Assembly: GCA_029856045.1 (NCBI GenBank)
Contig: JAHQWG010000016.1
Coordinates: forward strand, 128,001-192,000
From: Promethearchaeia archaeon
Lineage (GTDB): Archaea > Asgardarchaeota > Lokiarchaeia > Sigyniarchaeales > SOKP01
DNA length: 64,000 nucleotides
Reading direction: 5' to 3'
The stretch's first letter is position 1. Each line of letters begins with the position of its first letter. The position numbers were made by a program, and so were the translations under genes. Positions 52,242 to 63,116 of the stretch are shown here, in pieces. The notes beneath the pieces were generated by a model. The model worked only from the letters and a program-made list of their open reading frames with translations, was not told the origin of the DNA and did not search any database.

Positions 52242-55001
52242 TTAAGAAACTATTTTTTCTTTAGTTAAAGTATTTTGGTTTTTTGGGTTAATTAAATTTT
52301 CAATTAATTGCTTTAAAAGTTGAAAATCTTGTTCCTTTTTGGAAGAAAATTCAAGATTTTTAAATGATATAAAAAAGGATTTTATTTTTTTGTCTAATTT
52401 AATAAAAATTTTTTTTAGAATTTTATAATTTTCAAGTATTTCCTTTTGATTAACTGATATTTTGGAAAAATAACTCGTTCTGTTTTGAAAATAAAACCCT
52501 TTAAAAATCAGTTTAATTTTTTTAATCTCTTTAATTGAAGCCTTTAATATATTAAAAATTTTTGCATCATCAACTTCTTTTGAAATTTCTGTTTCTTTAA
52601 AGATTAAAGATAATAATAAATTCTCTTTAAATTCTCTACTCCATTTAGATGAGATTTGAAATAATTGATTATAGATATTATATCCTTCTTGAGCAAAAAT
52701 CTTACTTTCAATATTGTTATTAAAAGAAGAAAAGATAATTGACTGAAGTTTATCTGGTAATTTCAAAGTTGAAATTTTCAAGAACAGATTAGGTCCTTTT
52801 GTGCTGTCAAAAATTGACAATAATAATATATAATTTGGAATTTTTTTTTTATCTGTTTCTCCTTTCATCTCAACGTTGATAAGTTCATTTGAATCGATGT
52901 TCTCTATTAATTCTTTAAAATAATATTCATGCGCATTATGAAATTTTTTGCTTTTACTATTAAAGTTTTTTCTTAAATTATTTAATTTTAAAAATACTCT
53001 TTTGGTATATTTTAAAAGGAGATTCGCATCCTCTGCAGAAATTTTTCCTGTAGAATCGGTTATTTCAATAATTTTACTGAGTTTCTTCAATTCTGAATAT
53101 ATAATAAAACTCTTTTGTAATTGATTTTTTTCAATATTCGCTAGAAAATCATTAATATTATAGAATTTGAAATTTAGTCGACATGCTATTTGTTCTAAAA
53201 GCTCCTCAATGATGTTTTTACATTCTAGTCTACAATATTCAAAAGATTTACTCAAATAATATTTTTGAGCACTTTTAATTCGCTCTTTTAAATTTTTAAT
53301 TGTTATTTTCCTTTTCTCATAAAAATTTTTCATATTTTTTTTTTCAGCGTTATTTGAAAACTTATCCTCCGTATCTTTTTTAAACTCAACTAAATTTTTA
53401 TTATTCCTATTAAAGGGTTTCAAAACATCTTTTTTATTATTTCTAAATGACTTTTTAAAATTAATTGATTTGAATTTTAATCTTTGTTTTCTCGAATTTA
53501 ATACTTTTTTCATTGGGTTGATCCTATTTTTCAATAAAATAGAATTACGATTTTCTAGCTTTGATTCTAATTTTCTTTTTTTTTCTGCCATAAAAGGAAT
53601 TTGAAGAACAAATGGGTCTTTAATTGAATTCACTCTTACAATACATTGACCTTCATTCAAATAAGATAAATAATCATAATGATCTTTTGGTAATGACAAT
53701 AATTCTCCTAATATTTCCTTTTCATAATAATTTTTAAAACTTACAACGACACCTGAATTTGCTAAAATCTCTTCACTTATATCAGGTCGAGTTGCAATAC
53801 ATATAAGACATTCACCAGTTCCCCTTTGTAATAAGGCAATATCCTCTAAATATGTACTTAATTTACTTTTTTTAACTATACTTCTTGGTACAAAATATTG
53901 TGCGTCTTCTATAATAGTGATGTGTTTAATCCCTTGATGTTCTCCAGATTCTAAGTTATAATCCCATAAATATTTAAGTATAACATTTAAAAAGAAAAAT
54001 AAATCCTCTTTATCCCCACCAAGACGAATAATCGAACTTAAATCCAAAATACAATCTCTTTGTAAAATTTCTTTTATTGAAATTGATGTATTATTTTCAA
54101 AAACTTTTTTTAAAGGTCCTTCAGAAAACCTTCGAATCCTATTCTTTATACTTATTATCGTTTGTTTTAATTGAGGGATTTGATTTTCATATTTCAGTAA
54201 ATATTCTTCACAAAAGTTATGAAAACTTTGCCAACTTCTTGTATTTTCTTTATAACAAACATTTGTCATGATCTCTACCAAAACTTTTTCCATCTGTGGT
54301 GTGTATTCAACATTAGATTCGAGAAATTGAGAGCTTTTTAAGATCTCAAATATTCTTTCAGCATGAATAGATGGATTTGTAAATTCCGGATTGAAAATAT
54401 TAATTGAAAAATTTTCTCCAGGGGATAAAAGTAAAATATTCTTTAACCTTTTACATAGAAACTTATATTCTCCCTTAAATTCTACTAAAAAAAATGGAAT
54501 ATTTTCTCTTTTTTTAAAATTTATTAAAAAATTTTGTACAAAATTGCTTTTACCTGTTCCCGTAAATCCACAAATAAATATGTGTCTTTCTAAGTCTTTT
54601 TTTGTTAAATAAAAATTAAATTTTTTCCTCCTTTTTCTGACCAACCGACCAATTTTTATTTTACCTTTTTTTGAATCCTTTCTGGCAGGAATCGGTAAAT
54701 CTATAATTTTACTATTAGCTGGATAAAAAGATGACAAAATTAGTAATGTAAATGAAAGAATTATACCAATTAATATAAGAGAAATAAATAAATTTAGCGA
54801 AATTGATTCAGATTTTATATTATTTTGAAATATAAAATAAAGAATTAAAAAAAATATATTGGCTGCATTAAGAATTATTATCGATTTCTTATGGTTGGGC
54901 ATGCTAAATCCTTTTTTTCTTAAAAGGAAAAATAAAAAATTAATGAAAATTAGAAAAAAAAAAAATCCGTAATAAAGTAAATGCCAAAAAATATTAACCA
55001 T
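52242..55001 (-). CDS. Membrane-anchored HerA/FtsK-family (DUF87) ATPase with C-terminal longin-like domain
   Basis: Three N-terminal TMs, RHIFICGFTGTGKS, VEFKGEY, IIEDAQ, IATRP; C-terminal LSIFDSTKGP. Confidence 0.75.
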   Translation of the reverse strand: MVNIFWHLLYYGFFFFLIFINFLFFLLRKKGFSMPNHKKSIIILNAANIFFLILYFIFQNNIKSESISLNLFISLILIGIILSFTLLILSSFYPANSKIIDLPIPARKDSKKGKIKIGRLVRKRRKKFNFYLTKKDLERHIFICGFTGTGKSNFVQNFLINFKKRENIPFFLVEFKGEYKFLCKRLKNILLLSPGENFSINIFNPEFTNPSIHAERIFEILKSSQFLESNVEYTPQMEKVLVEIMTNVCYKENTRSWQSFHNFCEEYLLKYENQIPQLKQTIISIKNRIRRFSEGPLKKVFENNTSISIKEILQRDCILDLSSIIRLGGDKEDLFFFLNVILKYLWDYNLESGEHQGIKHITIIEDAQYFVPRSIVKKSKLSTYLEDIALLQRGTGECLICIATRPDISEEILANSGVVVSFKNYYEKEILGELLSLPKDHYDYLSYLNEGQCIVRVNSIKDPFVLQIPFMAEKKRKLESKLENRNSILLKNRINPMKKVLNSRKQRLKFKSINFKKSFRNNKKDVLKPFNRNNKNLVEFKKDTEDKFSNNAEKKNMKNFYEKRKITIKNLKERIKSAQKYYLSKSFEYCRLECKNIIEELLEQIACRLNFKFYNINDFLANIEKNQLQKSFIIYSELKKLSKIIEITDSTGKISAEDANLLLKYTKRVFLKLNNLRKNFNSKSKKFHNAHEYYFKELIENIDSNELINVEMKGETDKKKIPNYILLLSIFDSTKGPNLFLKISTLKLPDKLQSIIFSSFNNNIESKIFAQEGYNIYNQLFQISSKWSREFKENLLLSLIFKETEISKEVDDAKIFNILKASIKEIKKIKLIFKGFYFQNRTSYFSKISVNQKEILENYKILKKIFIKLDKKIKSFFISFKNLEFSSKKEQDFQLLKQLIENLINPKNQNTLTKEKIVS

Positions 55002-55427
55002 TTCAAGAAAAAATTTGGATATTACATTTAAATACTAAACCATAAATTCTAATATCTTTTAATTTAACCTTGCCTTAGAAAAACTATAATTTTCTATTTT
55101 TATTTCGTCTTTGAACTTTTACAACTGGATTACTAATCATTTAAAATCTTTTTTTTAAAAAGACTTATCTTTTAATTAGTAGAGATGCGTCAGAACTGAT
55201 TCTTCTTTAAGACCAATCCTAAATAGATTAAAGAATGATAAGTTAATGTTAAATCAATCAAAAATTTTGATTAATTACCGCAAAAACATTTTTATAACAT
55301 TGCTTTTATAAAATTTTCTAAATAATCTCACAAACATTTTAAAATCTTTAAAAAAAGGAAATATTTTTATGACATAGAGTTCTATAAATATAAAATATCA
55401 AAATTAATACTTTTAAAGGGAAAAAAA

Positions 55428-57059
55428 ATGGTACAATTCTCAGGAGTTCCAGTAATTGTTTTAAAAGAAGGTACTGAAAGAAAACAGGGAAGAAATGCAC
55501 AGAAGAATAACATAACTGCTTCTATAGCTGTATCTGAAGCAATAAGAACGACATTAGGTCCAAAGGGAATGGATAAAATGTTAGTTGATTCTTTAGGAGA
55601 TGTAACAATCACTAATGATGGGGCTACCATACTCAATGAAATAGATGTTCAGCATCCAGCAGCTAAAATGATGATAGAAATTGCAAAAACTCAAGATTTA
55701 AGAGTCGGAGATGGAACAACAACAAGTGTTATAATAGGAGGATCACTTTTAAAATCAGCACAAGAATTGATTGATCAATCCGTTCATCCAACAATTATTT
55801 TGAGAGGATATAGAAAAGCTCTAATCAAAAGTAAAGATATTTTAAAAGAAATTGCTGAGAAAGTAGATAGTTCCGATAAAAAAATATTAAAACAGGCTGC
55901 AATAACAGCGATGAATAGTAAATCAATAGCGGGGATGAGGGAGCATTTTGCAGAAATTGCTGTGGAATCCATACTCCAAATTACTGATCTTAGAGGAGAT
56001 TTAAAAATAATTGACATAGACCAAATTCAAATAATTAAAAAAGAAGGGGGAAGTCTGTCAGATACTGAATTAATCAATGGATTGATCATTGATAAAGAAA
56101 TAGTACACCCAATGATGCCTAAGATCTTAAAAAATGTAAAAATAGCTCTAATCGATGCTCCTTTAGAAATTGAAAAGACTGAGTTCGATGCTGAAATTAA
56201 AATTCAATCACCAGATCAAATAACTCGTTTTCTTGAGGAAGAAGAAAATATGTTAAAAAGAAAAACTTCTGCAATTATTAATTCAGGAGCAAAGGCAATC
56301 TTTTGTCAAAAAGGAATTGATGATAAAGCTCAGAATCTTTTGGCAAGAGAAAATATAATCGCAATTAGAAGAGTAAAACGTTCAGATATGGAAAAATTAT
56401 CAAGAGCTACAAAAGCTAAGATTATAACCAATCTTGTTGAACTTACTCCCGAAGATCTTGGAACATCTGGATTGGTAGAAGAAAAAAAAGTTGGTACTGA
56501 CAATATGATTTTTGTTTCAGAATGTTCAGATCCAAAAGCTGTAAGCATCTTGATTCGAGGTGGTGTTGAACATGTTGTGGATGAAGCAGAAAGAACATTA
56601 AATGATGCCTTATGCGTTGTAAGAAATATAGTAGATAATCCATATATTTTAGGAGGTGGTGGATCTTCAGAAATAGAATTATCAAAACAATTAAAAGATT
56701 TTGCCACAACTATTGGTGGTCGAGAGCAATTAGCAATAGAAGCATATGCTTATTCTCTAGAGGTTGTTCCAACTACTTTAGCAGAAAATGCAGGATTTGA
56801 TCCAGTTGATTTATTAGTCGAATTAAGGGCGAAACATGATACCCCTGATGGTAAAGCAATAGGTATAAATATTCAAACTGGAAAACCAAGCAATATGATC
56901 CAAGAAGGTGTAATTGAACCTTTAGTGGTTTTAATGCAAGCTATCCAATCTGCGACAGAAGTCTCATCAATGATTTTAAAAATAGATGATGTAATAGCTG
57001 CCTCAGGTGGAATGAAAGCAGGAGCAGGTGGTCCACAAATGCCACCGGATATGGATTAA
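55428..57059 (+). CDS. ths: Thermosome subunit (group II chaperonin)
   Basis: [36 protein letters not shown]. Confidence 0.97.
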   Translation: MVQFSGVPVIVLKEGTERKQGRNAQKNNITASIAVSEAIRTTLGPKGMDKMLVDSLGDVTITNDGATILNEIDVQHPAAKMMIEIAKTQDLRVGDGTTTSVIIGGSLLKSAQELIDQSVHPTIILRGYRKALIKSKDILKEIAEKVDSSDKKILKQAAITAMNSKSIAGMREHFAEIAVESILQITDLRGDLKIIDIDQIQIIKKEGGSLSDTELINGLIIDKEIVHPMMPKILKNVKIALIDAPLEIEKTEFDAEIKIQSPDQITRFLEEEENMLKRKTSAIINSGAKAIFCQKGIDDKAQNLLARENIIAIRRVKRSDMEKLSRATKAKIITNLVELTPEDLGTSGLVEEKKVGTDNMIFVSECSDPKAVSILIRGGVEHVVDEAERTLNDALCVVRNIVDNPYILGGGGSSEIELSKQLKDFATTIGGREQLAIEAYAYSLEVVPTTLAENAGFDPVDLLVELRAKHDTPDGKAIGINIQTGKPSNMIQEGVIEPLVVLMQAIQSATEVSSMILKIDDVIAASGGMKAGAGGPQMPPDMD

Positions 57060-57115
57060 ATATATTTTTTTAATTTTTTATTTTTTTATAATAAAAATCT
57101 CAACTTTTTTTACAT

Positions 57116-57571
57116 ATGAACAAAATCAAACTCTTTGCATTACATTTTAATGAATGCGACCCCACAAAATGTACTTCAATAAAATTGAAAAAGTTCAATT
57201 TGATAACAGTCTCAAATAAAATTCTGAATAAAATGAAAAATACTATTCTTTTAGACCCCTTTACAGAAAAATTATTATCAGAAAAAGATACTAATTTGGC
57301 GATTAAATATGGAATTACAGTAATTGATTGCTCCTGGAAAAATATTTTAAATATTGCAAATTTAAAATTTAAAAATAAAAGAAAACTACCCCCGCAAATC
57401 GCAACAAATCCGGTAAATTATGGTAAATGGGAGAAATTGAGTTCTGTTGAAGCATTAGCTGCAGCTTTATACATTATGGGATTTAAACCATTCGCAAAAT
57501 TACTTCTCTCGAAATTTTCTTGGGGAACTGAATTTTTGAAATTAAATTTTGAAGGTATAACTAAAAATTAA
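57116..57571 (+). CDS. tsr3: SSU rRNA aminocarboxypropyltransferase
   Basis: CDPTKCT, DCSW, LPP..ATNPVNYG, LSSVEALAAAL, FSWG..FL.LN. Confidence 0.93.
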   Translation: MNKIKLFALHFNECDPTKCTSIKLKKFNLITVSNKILNKMKNTILLDPFTEKLLSEKDTNLAIKYGITVIDCSWKNILNIANLKFKNKRKLPPQIATNPVNYGKWEKLSSVEALAAALYIMGFKPFAKLLLSKFSWGTEFLKLNFEGITKN

Positions 57572-57573
57572 GT

Positions 57574-58587
57574 TTATTCGAATTTTGAGCCTGTAATGAT
57601 ATTTATAGAATTTATTAATTGTTCTGTGATATCATTAGTTCCTATTATTTCTAATATCGAAAATATTATGTTTCGTGCTTCCCCCATTGCTGGAATTCCA
57701 CCAAATGTTAAAGGAAATAAAGCAACAAAAGAAATATTTTGCATATTTGATTCTTTTGTAATTTCATTAGAAAACTGTAATGTTCCTGAATGACATGCTA
57801 AAATTCCGTAAAAAGATTCAGAATCTTGACCAGAAATACATATATATGATAAAAGGCGTCCCAAAGCAATATTTTGAGCTTCCTCTAACATTTTTTGGAA
57901 ACCAACATTTGCATTTGCTGAGAAAGCTTCCATTGTTAAGGGTAAAGATTGGTCAGATACATCTCTTGCATCTAAAGTTAAACCAGAAAGATTCACCAAA
58001 CAGTATCTAGAAAAAACCGGATTTTTAATTGAATCTAAAATCTTTCCAATTGCTTGTAACTTCTCTAAGTCCTTGTAATTATCACTATTATATGAAGTAA
58101 AAGAGATTTCTGTTCCCATTGAAAATAAATAAATTGCACTGCGCACTTTATTAGAAAATTCTTCTAAATCCTTTTCTGAATTGGGATATCCGCCAAAAAA
58201 ATTCCCAATTTCTCTTTTTAAGTGATAAGTACTACTTGCAAGATTATCAGGATCTAAAGGCCATTCGCCTTTATAATTATGCACTATAGTTAATAGTGTT
58301 TGATTTATTCTAATTGTAATTAAACAAACTTTTTCAAAAAAAGAAAAGGAAATTATCTGGTCTTTAATTCTCAAATCATTCCAATTTTCTTCACTTGCAG
58401 AAAAAGCTATTGAAGCAAGTCCAGTAATTATATTAGTATCTAAATTAAGGTCACTTTTTCTGCCTATGTGTGCGATTGATAATCCATTTTCATCACACAA
58501 TATTACCATTAAAGTCTCTTTTGAAGATCTTAAAATCGCAGTTAAATATTTAATAAATGACTCCCTAATACTCATTAATATAACCAC
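57574..58587 (-). CDS. Tandem roadblock-like domain protein
   Basis: VILCDENGLSIA and CLVNLSGLTL strands. Confidence 0.65.
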   Translation of the reverse strand: MVILMSIRESFIKYLTAILRSSKETLMVILCDENGLSIAHIGRKSDLNLDTNIITGLASIAFSASEENWNDLRIKDQIISFSFFEKVCLITIRINQTLLTIVHNYKGEWPLDPDNLASSTYHLKREIGNFFGGYPNSEKDLEEFSNKVRSAIYLFSMGTEISFTSYNSDNYKDLEKLQAIGKILDSIKNPVFSRYCLVNLSGLTLDARDVSDQSLPLTMEAFSANANVGFQKMLEEAQNIALGRLLSYICISGQDSESFYGILACHSGTLQFSNEITKESNMQNISFVALFPLTFGGIPAMGEARNIIFSILEIIGTNDITEQLINSINIITGSKFE

Positions 58588-58721
58588 ACAAACTATTTCT
58601 CTGTTTTTTTAATTCTCGTGGATTATTTTATTAAAATTATATTGATTTTTATAAAATTTAAAGTTATTTTAATTTCAATAATGCTTTTAGATAAATCTTT
58701 GCAATACTTCTTTCCTTAATT

Positions 58722-58823
58722 TGCAGGGAGGGGGATTTGAACCCCCGTACTCCTATGAGAGTGAATCCTAAGTCCACCGCCTTTAATCAATACTATTTTT
58801 TGACCGGGCTTGGCGATCCCTGC
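58722..58823 (-). tRNA. tRNA-Leu(UAG) with 17-nt D-loop intron (58783-58799)
   Basis: Acceptor GCAGGGA/TCCCTGC, anticodon arm GTGGA-CTTAGGA-TTCAC, long variable arm; central helix GGTC/GATT. Confidence 0.9.
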
Positions 58824-58999
58824 ATTTTTCAAATTATTATTATCCTCCTATGATATTATATAGAAAATAATTTTTTCATTAAAATATTAATATTATAATA
58901 ATTTTTATTCTATTTTTTTTTATTTAAGAAAAAACCTCATGAATAAATTTTAATTTTATTATTAATATTTCTCAATAAATTAATTTAAAAAAAAAATTT

Positions 59000-59093
59000 G
59001 CTCTCGTAGTGTAGCTCGGCCAAACTTTAAAATTGAGGCTAAGCATGCTAGGCTTTCACCCTGGTGACCCGGGTTCGAATCCCGGCGAGAGCA
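59000..59093 (+). tRNA. tRNA-Glu(UUC) with 19-nt intron at 21/22 (59024-59042)
   Basis: Acceptor GCTCTCG/CGAGAGC, anticodon arm CTAGG-CTTTCAC-CCTGG, central helix GGCC/GGCT. Confidence 0.92.
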
Positions 59094-59366
59094 TAAAAAT
59101 ATTATTTTTTAATCCTTATTATTTAAAAAAATCGAAAAATATTGCAGCTTTTGGGTACTTACAAATGTTAGTGATATAATTTTGATTTTATCAAAGAACT
59201 ATGGAGATTCTTTATTTAAAGTTATAACTTAATTAAAAAATTATTTTCTATCATTGAATTTTGTACCCAACCCTCTTTTTTCATTTAAATAGTTTCAATT
59301 TATAATTTTTTTAATTCAAGTTATTCAATAAAATAAAATTTGTAAAAATTGACATATTGAAGTAAA

Positions 59367-61799
59367 ATGAGTGAAATTAGCGGAAATATATTTAGAGATA
59401 CTAAAAGTGATAAAAAACGTGAAAAAAAATCAGACACTTTGAAAGAAGTTAGTGATAACTATGTTTCATATGAGGAATTTATGAAAACCGTTAAAAAAAC
59501 GAGAATTTTGCCTTACTCTTATAAAAAGTTTCCACATTTTGATGAAAGATCTCCAGAACAACTAATAGAAGATATAGAAGCAGGTAAAAAGAAAGTTGAG
59601 ATTGAAACTGAGCAGATTTTTGATAGGCACTCTGGTGTTCTTAATGTAGATAAGGCTGAAGAAAGTAACAAACACGTTTCTTATGAGGATTTTTTAAGAA
59701 GGGTTAAAAAAACCAGAGTCACACCTCTCTCTACAGGAAGTTTGCCAAATTTTGAAATGAAACCTCAAGAACAAACCATAAAAGATAGTACTGGTGCTAA
59801 AAAGAAAGTTGAAGATGATAACGAAAATATATTGGTATTTAAATCTAAAAATGATTCAGAAAAAATTGATAAGACCTCAGAAAAAGTAGAAAATAAAACA
59901 AAAAAAGAGCCTATTAAAAATAGTGATGTAAAAGTAAAAGTGGAAAAATCAAAAGTTGAAGAGGAGAAGAGAAAAGAGACTTCAAAATCTTCAGAAGAAA
60001 TTTTAGAAGAAAAGAAAAAATCCAAAGATATTAACCGAGAACAAAAAGAACAAAAAAAAGTTAAGGAAAAGGATAGTAAAGAAAGTGAAAAAAAAAAGGA
60101 AAAAAAATCAAAAAATATAGATACAAAAAATAAGCGAGATATTTCAAGCGAAAAAAACAAAATTAATGAACCCAAGAAAGAGAAGGAGAAAGAGATTGAG
60201 AAAAAGAAAGTGACAAAGGAACATTTAGAAAAGCACAAAGAAATTAAAGATATTACAAGCAATATTAATGATTTAGAAAAAAGACGAAACAACAATAACA
60301 ATTTAATTGATCATAGTAAAAAGAAATTACAAGAGGGAATTTTTAACGGAATTATAACGCGTGAAGGATACGAAAATAAATTAAAAGAATTAACAAAAGA
60401 AAACCAACAAATTGAGAAACAATTAAGAGAATTTAACGATAAATCTTATCACTCTGAAAGATTAAACAATGAAAAATTAAGAGCGAAAAAAGGAGAGGTA
60501 TTAGAAAAGAAAATTACTGAGCTAAAACAAAAACAAAAAAACGAAGAATTGAAAGAACAAGAGCAAATTTCAAAGGAAAAGGCTAAAGAATTAAAAAACT
60601 TACTTTCTAACCAAGAGAAACAAGAGCAAAAAAAGCAAGAATTGAATGGAAGCGAAAACATATCAAATAAAGATAACTCGGATTTTAAAAAGGTAAAAAA
60701 TAATGAAAAAATAGAGAATAAGATGACTTCGGAAACGATTGAAAAAAGGATAGATGTAAATATAAAGCAAGAGGAAAACAAGAAAGAAACCCTTACAGAT
60801 AAGGTTTCAAATGAATTTTTAGAACCAAAGAAAGAATTTGAACAGTCTTATGGATATATTTATAAAGCAACAAACACAGTAAATGGAAAAGTATATATTG
60901 GACAAACTACAAGAAAAAAATGGGAAAAAAGATGGAAAGAACATATAAAAGAGGCTAAAGATAAGAGTTATAGTTCTACACATTTGCTAAATAGTATTAG
61001 AAAATATGGGGAAAAGGCATTTTCTATTAAAAAAATTGATACTGCAAATAATCAAAAAGAATTAGATGGGAAAGAAAAGGATTGGATTAAGAAATATAAT
61101 TCAATGAATCCCAAAAAAGGTCATAATATGAGAGATGGTGGAGAAGGCGGCAAATTACGACCAGAAGTAAAAGAAAAAATAAAAAAATCTATGGAAGAGA
61201 AGTGGAAAGACCCAGAACATCAACGAAAAGTAAGTAAAGAAGTGAGTAAAGCAATGAAAAAGAAGTGGAAACACCCAGAACATCGAGAAACAGTAATCAA
61301 CGGAGTGAGTAAAGGAATGAAAAAGAAGTGGAAAGATAAAAAATATCAAAAAGATCAGAGAAAAGTAAGAGAATCTCCCGAATTTAAAGAAAAACATAGT
61401 ACATCAATGAAAAATAAGTGGAAAGATCCAGAACATCGAGAAAATGTGAGTAAAGGGGTGGAAAAGAGGTGGAAAGATAAAGAATATCAAAAAAAGCAGA
61501 AAAAAGTAAGAGAATCTCCCGAATTTAAAGAAAAGATGCGTAAAGCAGCGGAAAAAAGGTGGAAAGATAAGGAAATATCTAATATAAAAGAGTTTCTAAC
61601 TGATATAAAAAATAAGATCCTAAAGAAGGATTTAGAAAAAAAATATAACATCACTGGTCCAACAATAAACAGTAAAATAAAAGATATATTAGGTTCAAAT
61701 GGTCCAAAAAATTATAGAGAAGCAAAACAATTTCTTAAAGATAGAGATATTGATAACATTTTAAAGATTAAAAAAAACAAAAAACAAAAAACAAAATAA
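59367..61799 (+). CDS. GIY-YIG endonuclease with NUMOD3-like repeats and a ~490-aa charged N-terminal extension
   Basis: GYIYKATNTVNGKVYIGQT, RW..H, GHN...GG; repeated K-W-K-D-P-E-H-R units. Confidence 0.8.
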   Translation: MSEISGNIFRDTKSDKKREKKSDTLKEVSDNYVSYEEFMKTVKKTRILPYSYKKFPHFDERSPEQLIEDIEAGKKKVEIETEQIFDRHSGVLNVDKAEESNKHVSYEDFLRRVKKTRVTPLSTGSLPNFEMKPQEQTIKDSTGAKKKVEDDNENILVFKSKNDSEKIDKTSEKVENKTKKEPIKNSDVKVKVEKSKVEEEKRKETSKSSEEILEEKKKSKDINREQKEQKKVKEKDSKESEKKKEKKSKNIDTKNKRDISSEKNKINEPKKEKEKEIEKKKVTKEHLEKHKEIKDITSNINDLEKRRNNNNNLIDHSKKKLQEGIFNGIITREGYENKLKELTKENQQIEKQLREFNDKSYHSERLNNEKLRAKKGEVLEKKITELKQKQKNEELKEQEQISKEKAKELKNLLSNQEKQEQKKQELNGSENISNKDNSDFKKVKNNEKIENKMTSETIEKRIDVNIKQEENKKETLTDKVSNEFLEPKKEFEQSYGYIYKATNTVNGKVYIGQTTRKKWEKRWKEHIKEAKDKSYSSTHLLNSIRKYGEKAFSIKKIDTANNQKELDGKEKDWIKKYNSMNPKKGHNMRDGGEGGKLRPEVKEKIKKSMEEKWKDPEHQRKVSKEVSKAMKKKWKHPEHRETVINGVSKGMKKKWKDKKYQKDQRKVRESPEFKEKHSTSMKNKWKDPEHRENVSKGVEKRWKDKEYQKKQKKVRESPEFKEKMRKAAEKRWKDKEISNIKEFLTDIKNKILKKDLEKKYNITGPTINSKIKDILGSNGPKNYREAKQFLKDRDIDNILKIKKNKKQKTK

Positions 61800-61806
61800 A
61801 AAAAAG

Positions 61807-61929
61807 CGCCCCAGACATGGATCGAACATGTGACCGCTCGGTGTCTTTACAATCTGTTTGATTGTTTAACAGCCGAGTGCTTTTAGCACACCATATTTAA
61901 CGGTGCCTACCAAACTGAGCTACTGAGGC
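61807..61929 (-). tRNA. tRNA-Asn(GUU) with two introns (25 nt at 22/23; 24 nt at 37/38)
   Basis: Acceptor GCCTCAG/CTGGGGC, anticodon stem CTCGG/CCGAG around GTT, T arm ACATG-TTCGATC-CATGT; intron hairpins GCACC/GGTGT and ACAATC/GATTGT. Confidence 0.88.
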
Positions 61930-62047
61930 CTGTATGAAATTATTATTTTTAATGATATCTTAAATATATCTTCAATTTTAAAATTTTATTTTTATATTTT
62001 TAAAGCTCAATTTCTACGTCAAAATAGATGAATAGGTAAGATTTGAA

Positions 62048-62575
62048 TTATTTTTCAAGAGAAGCATAGTAAATCAACCATTTTGCCATTGCTTGAAATG
62101 TTTCATTGATGTTTAATTCCATCTTTGCAGAAGTAAAAACAGATTGATTACATTTGGCTTGTTCAGAGTATTTTTGAGCAGTTTCAATATCAATTTCATG
62201 ATTAGGTAGATCCCATTTCATTCCTAATAAAATAATTGGAATAAAACCAGCAACTTTTCTAATGATTGTTAACCATTCAGGTAGCTGTCTAAATGTATCA
62301 TAATCAGTGATATCAAAACAAATAAAAGCACCACTTGTTCCCTTGCAATAATCAGGTAAAATGGTTCTAAACCTTTCTTCTCCTGCAAAATCCCAGAGCT
62401 GCATTTTACATTTTTCACCTGTATCTAATTTCTCTTCCTTAGTATAAAATGCAGCTCCGATTGTCATCTTATGATCTTCAATAAATTTTCCGGTACAATA
62501 TCTTGTAACCAGTGCTGTTTTTCCCACACCACCAGCACCAGCTACTATTACTTTAAATATCCACGAACTTGACAT
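62048..62575 (-). CDS. Rab-like small GTPase
   Basis: FKVIVAGAGGVGKT, TIG..F, LWDFAGEERF, GMKWD, TSAK. Confidence 0.9.
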   Translation of the reverse strand: MSSSWIFKVIVAGAGGVGKTALVTRYCTGKFIEDHKMTIGAAFYTKEEKLDTGEKCKMQLWDFAGEERFRTILPDYCKGTSGAFICFDITDYDTFRQLPEWLTIIRKVAGFIPIILLGMKWDLPNHEIDIETAQKYSEQAKCNQSVFTSAKMELNINETFQAMAKWLIYYASLEK

Positions 62576-62753
62576 TTGATATCACTTTTATCAATTTTTT
62601 CTATAAATTTAAAAAAATTCTACTTATTTTATTTTATTTATTTTTGCCTAACATCATATAAATAGATCCTTAATTTGGAGTGAAAGATTTTTATAAGATT
62701 TAATTCTAATAATAATTATATTTTAAAAGTACCTTTTTAAAAAAAGTAAGGTA

Positions 62754-63116
62754 GTGTATAGAACAATACCTAATGACCAAAATATCTGTCCAAAATGCTC
62801 TTTTCCTAAGGATTTATGTATTTGTGAATCGTTAGGTCAAGAGGAACAACGTGTTGATATTTATACTGAAAGAAGGAAATGGGGTCGAGAAGTTACTGTT
62901 GTTTCTTTTCTAGGAAATATTGATATAAATTTAAATGATTTCTCAAAAAAGGCAAAAAAATTTTGCGCTTCTGGTGGAACAGTAAAAAACAATACAATCG
63001 AGCTCCAAGGTGATCATCGACTTAAAATAAAAAAATTTTTAATAGATAATGGTTTTCCAGAAGAAAATATAGAAATTCGGAATGTTGCCAAAAAAAAATA
63101 TAAAAAACGATACTAG
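62754..63116 (+). CDS. aif1: Translation initiation factor aIF1/SUI1
   Basis: CPKC.FPKDLC.CE, KKFCASGGTVK, IELQGDHR. Confidence 0.95.
   Translation: MYRTIPNDQNICPKCSFPKDLCICESLGQEEQRVDIYTERRKWGREVTVVSFLGNIDINLNDFSKKAKKFCASGGTVKNNTIELQGDHRLKIKKFLIDNGFPEENIEIRNVAKKKYKKRY

Noticed and set aside
59151-59270. TTGGGTAC/GTACCCAA inverted repeat upstream of the GIY-YIG gene
   Set aside because: Only 8 bp, with no target duplication or att-like tRNA repeat.
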